A DNA stretch of 64,000 bases from Spizellomyces punctatus DAOM BR117. Its lineage: Eukaryota. Location: NCBI GenBank assembly GCA_000182565.2, contig KQ257454.1; one strand, written 5' to 3'. The number at the start of each line of letters is the position of its first letter. Within the stretch, counting starts at the first letter, position 1. Under the pieces are notes generated by a model, which did no database searches, was not told the origin of the DNA, and was given only the letters and a program-made list of their open reading frames with translations. The translations under genes and the position numbers were made by a program. Shown here piece after piece: positions 51,930-62,917 of this stretch.

Positions 51930-53565
51930 ATGACGACGACTGCTCAACCCCATTTCACCCCATTCCACTCTTTTGATTCCCAAGACCTTGAGCATTCCGG
52001 TTCCGACTTGACTCCCCAAGACATTAGCAACCTCCGATCCCCCACCATCCCACCCGGCATCGACCCAACAAAACAACAACTCGCCTACGGTCGTCGCGCC
52101 GTCCCCAAACTCGTAAAAAAAACCCATCTCTTCACAGTTAAACCAATTCCTACAAACCTTCTTAACCTTTTATTTTACAGATATCGGACCTAACACCGAC
52201 AACCCCCCTCCACCACCTCCAATCCGCTCTCACATCCCTCTCAGACCTTTTTCACGCCCCCGAAAACGTCGCACAGGGACTTGACTGTCGTATTGTGGAG
52301 ATTCTTGGGAAATGGGTGGGTCATTCGGATGTGACGGTTCGACAAAAGGCTACGGAATGTTTAAAGGTGTTGGGTGGTATGTTTCTTTTTGTGTTTGGTT
52401 CTTTTTTTTTGGAAGGGATTGTTTTTTTAATTGGATGTTGTTTTTTTTTTTTTTTTTTTTTGGTGGGGTTTTTAGGACATGCTATTGGACGGGCGTCCAT
52501 GGTGGAATGTAGTACCCTAGTCCCATTATCTAAACTCGTACGTACCAAAAAACATTCTCACAATTCTTTCACACACACCCAAACAACAATATCATTAACC
52601 AACATCTACACACACCAGTTCGACGACCCAGACCCACTAGTCCGCAAAACAATTCACACAACATTTTCACTCATCACCCTACACACATCCGGTGTTACTT
52701 CCCTCCTCCACTCAATCCTCTTTGACCCCCTCATCCAAAAACTCCCGCACGAAGCACTGGATATCCAACTCGTTATTCTCGATACATGTTATAATTGTAT
52801 TCGATTGGGGAAGGCGCCGTTTATGCCTAGGGATGCGTTGGAGGCAGGTGCTATGGAGGTGTTTACAAAGATGCTTAAAGTGGGGTGTGTGAGGGATGTT
52901 GCGGTTCGTGTTGCGGATTGTGTTATGGTTTTGAGGTATGTTGTTTTATTGGGAGGCGTATCTTGATGCCAATGTTGGATGAGCGTTTCATTTACTCACT
53001 TTTATTTTATAAACTAGTCACTACCATGAAGGCAAAAAACTTGCATGCCAATTAAATACCATTCCCGTTCTAATCGACCTCTTACACAACAAACACTCTA
53101 CCGTTCGTGCAGCAGCCGCTGGAGCCTTAATGAGGTAAAAAAAGAAAAAAAACCACTTTCATAACACTCCAAAAACCACTAAATTCTAAAAAAATCATTA
53201 TCCAACAATTAGCATCACAATAGACGTGGAAGCAAAACGAATTGTGGTCCGCGAAAACGCCCTTCCAGTCCTCATGGACCTCCTTAAAGACAAGAACCAG
53301 TTACTTGTTTTGAATGCTGTAAAGACGATTACGAATTGTGCGGAGGATTATCGGGGGAGGTTTCAGTTGCATGGGTGTATCAAGCAGGTGAGATTATGTC
53401 GTTTTTTGCATTTTGTCTCGTCTTTTAACAATGTTTTTTTTGTTTGTGTATTTATTTTGCTTTGATTTGGGGTGTGCCTAGTTACAAGCGCTTTTCGAAT
53501 CTCCGAGACAAGAACTGGCGGAAGCTGCCAAAAAAGCCGTACAAGTCATCACGTGGAGACCGTAG
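51930..53565 (+). CDS. RSPH14: Radial spoke head protein 14 (armadillo repeats, flagellar); about 7 exons
   Basis: N-terminal IDPTKQQLAYGRRAVPKL, ARM repeats (VRAAAAGALM|SITIDVEAK) and C-terminal AAKKAVQVITWRP, matching the RSPH14/RTDR1 pattern as I recall it. Confidence 0.88.
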
Positions 53566-53684
53566 TAGTCCAACAAGTGCGTTAATGTAGACCGAGAAAC
53601 CTAAATACATTCGTTCTCACAATCCACAAACCAATTCAAAACTGTGAACCTCATAGCACTAGTAATCCTTTGTTTTTCAATTCG

Positions 53685-54530
53685 TTAACCATCAATAACA
53701 GTCGCGTCTGAATCCGAGTTGACGAGAATAAGCCGTCGTTTGAGGGGTGTGGGTAATACGCGCGATTGTTTAGTGGTTTTTGCATGTTCTTGGTGAATGA
53801 GGACGAAAAGTTTGTCTTTTACTTTTATAGCGCAAGACAATTCCATTTTGATGTCCGTAACATCCCAGTATTGTACCACTGCATGTCGCTCCATTCATAT
53901 CATTGCCATCGTTCTCTCCTTTCATCTCTGTCCACTCCTTCACGACCTTTCTTCCGTTTATCCATCAATAACAGTCGCTGAATCGGAGTCGACGACAACG
54001 GGCGATGAGTAACGTCGTTTGAGGTTTGTGGGTAATACAGTTGATTGTCCCATGCTTTTTGCATGTTCTTGGTGAATGAAGACGAAAAAGTTTGTCTGTT
54101 ACTTTCACAGCGTAAGAAAACTCCTTTTTAATGTCCGTCCCATCTGGAATATCCAGTCTTGTACCATGGCCTTTCGCTCCATTCGTATTACTGTCCTCGT
54201 TCTCTTCTTTGATCTCTGCCCACTAATTTACGAAGTTTCCTTCTTCAAAGTTATCCATCAATAACAGTCGCATCTGAATCCGAATCAACGAGAATGGGTG
54301 ATGAGTATCGTCGTTTGAGGGATGTGGCTAATACAGGAAATTGTCTTTTGGTTTTTGCATGTTCTTGGCGAATGAGGGCGGGTTTGTCTTCCACTTTTAT
54401 AGCGTAAGGAAATTCCCTTTTGATGTCCGACCGATCTGTGACGTCCAAGATTGACCCATTGCATTTTGATCCATTCGTATTCCTGTCCTCGTTCTCTTCC
54501 TTAATATCTGTCCACTTGATTTCAACTTTC
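53685..54530 (-). repeat. Tandem triplication (~275-295 bp) of the 3' end of the LigD-PE gene
   Basis: Three units end in ...SDSDATVIDG*-like sequence with stops at 54251, 53958 and 53685. The middle copy has an internal stop and a frameshift. Confidence 0.9.
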
Positions 54531-55369
54531 CCTTCTTCCTGTTTAAGCCTCTTCACACGAGTAGACACCGCCCGTCTTTCCCGCTTCACACGAGGCAACT
54601 TTATCCAATGTCCCATATTATCAACCTCCGCACCAGCGTCACACCCAATTTGGAACATGGTGCGCCCAGTAAGAACGGATAGTGGTGCCGTCAGAGTAAT
54701 ATCAGGTAGACCGCCTTGGATAGCGTATCCATCTTTTTTCTTTATCAATAGCCATGCGCCTGTGCCGCGGGGAGTTACCGTAGGAGGACTCTTGCCAGAC
54801 GGTGAGGGCGACATGGTCGTTAAGGCACGTAACCGTTTCGACCCACCAGTAACCCTCGTCCCCATCATTCGAAACAACACAAAATCACCTCTCATCTTCT
54901 GCCCAAAAAACCGGATCCTAGCATGCCCCTTCGCCAACCCTCTCTCCAACCTCTCCTGCTCTTTACGTCCCCCCTCCTCCTCACTCGTCGTATCTTTTTC
55001 CTCGCCCTTTTTTCTCGGTACACAGTATGTCCCAATATCCCATACCATGGTCGTACCCGCCCCATAAGACTCCCGCGGAATGACCCCCTCAAACCCTGCA
55101 TACCCGATATCATGGTCAGTCGTTTCCTGCGCTAATCGCTTTTCGGTGGGATTGAAACTGGGGCCTTTAGGGACGGCCCAGCTGCGGAGAACGTCTGTCG
55201 GCGTGTTTGTGCGGGAATGCACTCGCAGTCGCAAGTCCCAGTGATGTCGTGTTGCGGCATGTTCTTGAATGACGAATAGGCAAGGGTGCTCAAGTAGACT
55301 TGTGAGTGCTGTTTCGGTGATGGTGGACGGTGAGCATGTGGTGCTGCTGCTCCCAAATGTGTCAGACAT
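54251..55369 (-). CDS. Stand-alone DNA ligase D 3'-phosphoesterase (LigD PE) domain protein, intronless
   Basis: FVIQEHAATRHHWDLRL, LRSWAVPKGPSFNPTEKRLA, DHDIGYAGFEGVIP, YGAGTTMVWDIGTY, WLLIKKKD and SVLTGRT. Confidence 0.93.
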   Translation of the reverse strand: MSDTFGSSSTTCSPSTITETALTSLLEHPCLFVIQEHAATRHHWDLRLRVHSRTNTPTDVLRSWAVPKGPSFNPTEKRLAQETTDHDIGYAGFEGVIPRESYGAGTTMVWDIGTYCVPRKKGEEKDTTSEEEGGRKEQERLERGLAKGHARIRFFGQKMRGDFVLFRMMGTRVTGGSKRLRALTTMSPSPSGKSPPTVTPRGTGAWLLIKKKDGYAIQGGLPDITLTAPLSVLTGRTMFQIGCDAGAEVDNMGHWIKLPRVKRERRAVSTRVKRLKQEEGKVEIKWTDIKEENEDRNTNGSKCNGSILDVTDRSDIKREFPYAIKVEDKPALIRQEHAKTKRQFPVLATSLKRRYSSPILVDSDSDATVIDG

Positions 55370-56897
55370 GTTCGAAATGGTCGCCCTGCAATAGAGGCTG
55401 CGAAATCGCCGACTGTGATCGGAAACACATGCTAAGCCTCATCCTATGTATACGTAATCAGCATGTGTACTTGCCGGCGACACATTTACTATTAAGAATT
55501 TGACGTTTTCCTGATGTACTATCTAGCTTTTGCTTTTTCTTCCTATTCATATCGCTCTTTCCAAAAAGGTATGAAAGGAATGCTCCATCTTTCTTTCTTT
55601 CTGATGCACCCATTGGACAAGAATGGCGCATTTAATTTTGATGTGCATGAAAAGCGACGATCCCCTTCATGCCAAAAATGATGCGAAACATGGGTTGGGA
55701 AAGATAACATTTGCGAATAAGTTAATCCATGCTATAGAATCTAGACCACGATAACAGTGAAGCCAGCACGGGACGTCGTTGTATGAAACTACGCAAAGAT
55801 CTTCATGTACAATGTGGGCTCGGCGAAAAGTGTGACAGCTGGTTCTATCCCACCTCTTCCCATCCCTCCCCAAATAACAGCCCACGAATCTACAAAGTTT
55901 GAATGCTCGTTGGATGCTTCCCCGACGTGACATGATCACAGTAACGAATAGAAATTCTCAAAGTTCGCATCGTTGGAGGTTTTTGTTTATTTTCGGAGGA
56001 GGTTACGGCACAGTCGCGAGTTCAAGCAAGTTGTTGGAGAGAAATGGTCATCTTCCTCTACACACCAGAAGCGATCAGAGCCGTAGCATGACAGAGCAGC
56101 GTAAAACATTTTCAATATCGCATGTGTCAAAGACTAGCTAGCCCCGACATTCGTACATCTCTCCAATTTCAACTGATGCGAACAGCCCAAACCATGCGGG
56201 CGCGGACTGCGCCCATGCGGTCATACACTTACCTGATGCAATTCAGTGATGATAAATCCTATTTGCAACCAAAGATGGGTTGAGAAATGTGGGCTAAGGG
56301 CATTTGACATTGAGGCTGTCAACTGTTCAATTTCGTAAACATACGGGGACGTTAGGATCCACAGGTAACACCACCGATCCTGAAGGGCAATTGCATGAAC
56401 TTGTTGATGTCTTCCTTCCCAAATCTCCCATGTAAGCTGACCAGATGCCAATTTTACAGATATCCCTTGCAATGGCAGTGTTGATCCAAATGACCTCCAC
56501 ACTTTTGTATTATTCAAACGCTTTTTTTATTTTTTTTACTACTGTCTCAGGGACGTCAGTTAGAATATGTCAACCACAGAACAAACCAAAAAAAAATAAA
56601 AATCCGTCAAAAGCATCACAAAGAGGACACCACCCCACCGCTCCGAGACCGCCACCTTTTTTTTTGCGTAAACATTGTATTGACCTCGAACGTCCGACAT
56701 CAAGCAAGTAGAATTTCGTAGCCATCGAATGATTTTCTGCCTTCTTTGCCACAAGGTACCAAAAGAAAAACACTTCACGCCAAAAAAAAAAATACTTTCG
56801 AATATCCATCGAATTGGTCATCACACAGCACGCACACAGCCTTACCCCCCGACAATTTACTTTTTTGCATTCAGGATTACCCTTCCACGATTCCACG

Positions 56898-57815
<918 letters not shown>

Positions 57816-58077
57816 TGTTGATGCAATGTGCAAGGAGGCAATGGGTGTAGCAGGTTAGGGGCAAGTTTCTTCGAGCATTTGGACGTGTACGAAATTTGTA
57901 AATACATATCCACAAAATATATGTGAAGTATTTTTCTCAAGTTGCCAAGCATGATTAACTTTGAACCATTTGCAGGGCGCTCAGGTCATCATCCATGGCA
58001 CACTGAATCGTATATATGGGGGACGTGTGCTAACTAATCACTACGTACCCATTACCCGTACAAGGGACATCATCTCC

Positions 58078-58468
58078 AGAGGCCTAGAGACGTAATATTT
58101 TACCCCCAGAATTCTTCGGATGATGACCCAATAGGTATCCAGGTGAGGCAGTACGTATCCCCTACCTCGTATGCCTCCTAACTTACTTGCATATTCGGAA
58201 AATTTGTTGGAGTTTAATTATAGAACAAGATGGATGTCCCGACACATGGATGCTGTGTGCTAATCTAATCAAAAAGTACCAGTACCATACACGCCTTCAG
58301 ATCGTAGAGGCGTATTATTTTGCCCCCCAGAATTCTGTGAACTGTGACCCAATAGGTATCCAGGTGAGGCAGTTACGTATCTCCCACCTCGTATAATTCC
58401 TAACTTAATCTCTTGTTAGGAGCATTTGGTTGGAGGTTAATTTTAGAACAGATGGATGTCTCGACACA
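58078..58468. repeat. ~165-bp imperfect direct repeat, 2 copies
   Basis: CCCCCAGAATTCT...TGACCCAATAGGTATCCAGGTGAGGCAGT...TCCTAACTTA...TAGAACA..GATGGATGTC.CGACACA at about 58085-58246 and 58305-58468. Confidence 0.88.
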
Positions 58469-58932
58469 CGGACCCCTTACATTATCGCAACTCTTTCGCA
58501 ATTCACCCTCTTTGCTTTACCATGGAAAATACGGAGGAGACGAACCCACAGACTGATCCTTTCTCGATGATTCTGCCCAACTTTGGCACCTCTGGCTTTC
58601 TACTTGGTCAAAACAGTGTCCATGGGGGATAGACAAATAAAAGATACAGGATGCCCCTTACATCCATTCGGATCGGCTCTTCCAGAAGTCAAGACCGTGT
58701 CGCGGTGGAGCGCGTCTGGTTTGATTACGCGTTGATTACGAAAGGGACAAACACTTTGAGGCTCGACTTTGTTGACAAGACTAGACACACAGACAAGGCC
58801 GACTAGAGAGAGCCGTTTGTTCATCCGATCTCTCCTTCCAATCTTTTTATTTCAACCCAAGATCTTTGTCACTGCCATCAATTTTCTCTCATATCTTATT
58901 TTTTCCCGTTTACTTGCGAATCGAATCCAAAC

Positions 58933-60183
58933 ATGGGACGCAAGAAGATTGCCATCAAACGGATCCAGGACGAACGGAATCGACAGGTACGTTCAACGCG
59001 TGCACTGTAGGTGTAGCGTGAGCAGGGAGGAAGCGGAGAGACTCAATCTTGTGTGCGTGATATATTCGTTGGTCTTTGGTGCAAATTGACGGAGCCTGCA
59101 AAAAGGAGCAGGCCCGGAATGGGTTTTATATAGCGTTGGTGCTATTTTCTGCATCGGAGACGGCTATTTCTGGTCGTCCACATCATGTTTCCATATATGA
59201 TGCTAATATATTACATTTTCGCTTTTTGTTACCATCCGCACTCCATCGTTGTCACCCCCCACGTCCTACGACATAACCTGGTCCTATTTTCCCGCCCTCT
59301 TTCCCTCCGACTACCTCCGTACGCGCCGTAAATATGTTTGCAACACATATTATGGAACCGCTATAGGTCACTTTCTCCAAGCGCAAATTCGGTCTCATGA
59401 AAAAAGCATACGAGCTTTCCGTTCTCTGCGGTTGCGAGATCGGGTTAATCATGTTCGCATCCAACGGAAAGCTTTTTCAATTCGCAAGCACGGATATGGA
59501 TAAAATCTTGTTGAGGTATACCGAAACGGAACCCCATGAGAGCCGGACCAACGACGACATCATCAAGGTAAACTAACCACATCCACTGTTGACCTGTGTT
59601 CTCAATCAATATGAGAGCACTAACTAATTCAAAAAGACAATTCAGAAACACGGTTCAGGAGGAGGTGACGGTGGAGATGATTCGGACGACAGCGCAGAAC
59701 GCGACGACAATGGATTAATCGAGTCGACACCTCGAGATGACCGATCCATGGACGAGCACATCCCATCCCCACGCAGCCTGCGTTTGGCGCGACGTAAATC
59801 AGACAAGGACACCAGCAAGAAAAACAATAGCAGTGGTAAAGGAGGCGGCGGAGAAGGCGGCGATGACGTTGAAAGCAATCACGGCGATCAAGGACGTGAA
59901 TATCTCTCGCCCCAACCTGGCACACCGACACACGATATGAGACACCCACCGCCTTCCGGCTCATTCCACATGGTACCTATGTCAATCGTCATGTTTTATT
60001 CGTCTTAAAATCTTTTCTAATAAAAAGCCCTTCAATTCAAATTAGTCACACCTCATTCATCCACCTTACACCGCAGTATATCCCAGCTTCGCCCCCTACC
60101 CCGCCGGCTTCGTTCTCGCCACCGGACATCACCACCCGCCGTCGGATTCCGAAGGATCTCCATCACCCTATATACATGGGTAG
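58933..60183 (+). CDS. MEF2-type MADS-box transcription factor (Rlm1-like); 4 exons
   Basis: [82 protein letters not shown], i.e. a MADS domain plus a MEF2 domain. Confidence 0.95.
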
Positions 60184-60483
60184 CGACGAAAAAATGATCT
60201 GGCCACACCGTAGCACAGCACTCTGATAAGTGGTTTCATGTACTGTACACAACACGCAAGAATGCTTCAGTATATGGAATAGCGTCAATTCAGTTGTTTT
60301 AAACAAATGTTATTTTTTGGTGTTAACACGTTCATGCGTATAATCAAACTATTTCGAAGAATGTGCATATGACAAATATCACTAATACATAATCCCAAAT
60401 CCCCACATTCAAAAGCCTCAAAATCCTATTACTATTCACATTTATTTGTACATGCAGATAATTGCTTTAGTAGTTACGTTTCG

Positions 60484-62268
60484 CTATCCCTCTGCGGTAA
60501 CTGCCACACAGTTATCTCTTTGAAGAAAGGGGTCGACTACCACACTGCAAGATGGTGATTTTGCCGGACTCTGCACGAGAATGAATGGCTCGGAACCCTT
60601 TGTGACCGGCGAGGATGTCATATCTTGATGAGCGGGCTCAACTTCTCCAGGTGATGAGAGTGCCGGTGTTGGTTGCGTCTCAGTGGCCGCGCCAGAGTCG
60701 ACCGCTTGAACATCACTAGAATTTTCGGGGTTTGGCGTCTCGACCGACTGCACATCTGACCCAGTGTCGGCCGAGAGAGCATCTTGCTTGTCAGATTGTG
60801 CGCCTTGATCGTCAGATTCCACCTGCATTCCATCGTCATGATCACTCTCGACTTGCAGCTCTGCGTCTGCCGCTTGACATATGATCTCGTTGATCGTGTC
60901 TAGAGGTTGCTCTGGCACTTGATCCCCTTCATCTTCCATGGCGACGGCTCCCGCACTGTTGGTCGCTGTTGCGCAAGTCGTAGTGCTCTCATCATCGACT
61001 TGCATCGCATCCGTGTTCTGAACGACTTCAAGTTCACTTGGTGGTAACGAATCTACTGTTGTCGAAGGATCTTGATCAACATCCATAGAATCCTTGTTGA
61101 CCACCTGTTCACTTGTCACTCGCGACGCCTCCTCTTCTGCAGCTCTTCGCAATGCATCCCGTCTGATAGCATCCAAATGCCCCAAGACTGTGTTCACAGC
61201 CCCAACAACTTTCTTGCGTGCATCCCGAACAAGAGCAACACCGTCACTTTGAACTGCATCCGCTCGTACAAGCAACTTTGTAAGGGTTTCTTCCAACATC
61301 ACAAACGCTTTGTTGTTTTGAGGTAGAAGCTTGCCGTTGGTTACAACGAGAGGTGTTGATAGCACAGTTGGTTCAAGATCACGCTGAGCGGTTCGCAGGT
61401 CCTCGACAATGCGCGCGAGGGTTATAAGTTTGGGGCGTGTTTGACGGAAATGCTTTTGAAGGATTCGCGCGGCACGAGTTTGTTTGAATGTGAGGATTCG
61501 ATCATCGACTGGAGTTGATGTAGCCGCGGATGTGATTGGAGCTGGTGTAGTTGGCTGCGTAGTATTTTCATTAACCGGCGATTGCGCCCTTGCGCCCGCT
61601 CGAATTGTAGGTGTGACTGAAGGCGATGTAACTAGAGATCTGATAGCCTCTCTTGCGGGTGACTGGGCCCTTGGAACCACTCGAGGTTCCTGAGGTTCGG
61701 GAGGCGTCATCGTGGCAGCAGGATGCGCGGCCTGATTCAAAAAGAGGATTGGAATCTGGCGTGCAGGTGCAGAAGGCTTGATAGTCAATTCTTCCTCTGA
61801 GTCACTACCAGTCGGAACCTTCCGCCTGGGTCCGTAAGGATGCTGCTGTTGCTGAAGCCGTTTTCTCCACAGACGCCGTTCCTGTTCTCTCCTTTCCTGC
61901 TCTTCCAGCAAGGCGTCATAGAACGCCTGTCGCTGGTCCTCTTCACGACGCCGACGAAGTAGTTCCCGCTCATAATCTCTTAGTAACATTTCTTTTTCGA
62001 GTTCTCGTTGACGTGCGAGTTCCGCTTCAATCGCTTGACGACGCCGCACCTCCATTTCTATCGCCCGACGCCTCTCCAGCTCCTCTTCAATTGCTCGTCG
62101 CTGGATCTCTTCTTCGAGGGCTCGTCGACGCAACGCATCTTCGTAAGCTCTGCGACGCTGGGTTTCCTCGAACGCCCGTTGCCGTTGGGCGTCAAGTAGT
62201 TGTTGACGGAAAAAGTCCCCAGGGTTTGCAACGGTATAGCGTGGTTCGTTAGGATATATATAGTACAT
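60484..62268 (-). CDS. BAG-domain co-chaperone with IQ motif and N-terminal charged coiled coil
   Basis: IQ-like RAARILQKHFRQ precedes BAG-like LEETLTKLLVRADAVQSDGVALVRDARKKVV. Start placed at MYYIY (62268) because a TATA (62342-62350) lies inside the longer ORF. Confidence 0.82.
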   Translation of the reverse strand: MYYIYPNEPRYTVANPGDFFRQQLLDAQRQRAFEETQRRRAYEDALRRRALEEEIQRRAIEEELERRRAIEMEVRRRQAIEAELARQRELEKEMLLRDYERELLRRRREEDQRQAFYDALLEEQERREQERRLWRKRLQQQQHPYGPRRKVPTGSDSEEELTIKPSAPARQIPILFLNQAAHPAATMTPPEPQEPRVVPRAQSPAREAIRSLVTSPSVTPTIRAGARAQSPVNENTTQPTTPAPITSAATSTPVDDRILTFKQTRAARILQKHFRQTRPKLITLARIVEDLRTAQRDLEPTVLSTPLVVTNGKLLPQNNKAFVMLEETLTKLLVRADAVQSDGVALVRDARKKVVGAVNTVLGHLDAIRRDALRRAAEEEASRVTSEQVVNKDSMDVDQDPSTTVDSLPPSELEVVQNTDAMQVDDESTTTCATATNSAGAVAMEDEGDQVPEQPLDTINEIICQAADAELQVESDHDDGMQVESDDQGAQSDKQDALSADTGSDVQSVETPNPENSSDVQAVDSGAATETQPTPALSSPGEVEPAHQDMTSSPVTKGSEPFILVQSPAKSPSCSVVVDPFLQRDNCVAVTAEG

Positions 62269-62341
62269 GTTTGTCGCCTTGTATTTTGGTTTAACTTTCC
62301 AGGTATGTAGTTTGGAAAACGTATGCAGTATTTGACGGGGG

Positions 62342-62436
62342 TTTTTATAGACCCCAAGGCTCACCATCCCATTACTAACTAGATGACTGTGCCACCTACG
62401 TGATCTCATCCTCCAGCAAGTTCTACAAAGTTCTTC
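62342..62436 (-). promoter_or_regulatory. TATA box and imperfect heat-shock-element-like site upstream of the BAG gene
   Basis: CTATAAAAA on the minus strand at 62342-62350, and TTCtaCAAagTTC at 62421-62433 (imperfect nTTCnnGAAnnTTCn). Confidence 0.35.
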
Positions 62437-62917
62437 TGTACTCGCGTAGCCCCTAGATATGCCGACGAGCTACGTGAGCTTTCTAATATAACACTTGCCC
62501 CTGCTTACAATTAACTTACTGACAAATGCTGTGGAGTTCTGGCGTAGAATAATCATCATACTGCTGTAGCTTTTCGCAATATGAGTAGTAATATCAAGCC
62601 TCCCATCTCTTGCTGCAGTCGACAAAATGGATTGGGAGAACGAAATCATACAAAAAAAAACGTTACTTTTCGCCAAATCTGTGTAGCCACATCTTCACCA
62701 ATTTGTTACAGATATATTCAAAATATTCAGCTATAACAAATGTCGCCAGATTACGGTATAATCTTTGTGCTTAAGTGAACTTTGCATTCACAAGAACACT
62801 AGAAGTTTTTTGTGGATATTATAAGTACAGTGATGTGACATGCGCGTTCATGATGCTGGTTGTCTGTAGTAATGCAATGCTGCGATCCTGTGCAGCCCCT
62901 TACCACCACTTAGCAGA

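Noticed and set aside
62269-62409. 47-aa N-terminal extension of the BAG ORF
   Set aside because: It contains a TATA box and looks like promoter or 5' UTR. The ATG at 62268 has better context.
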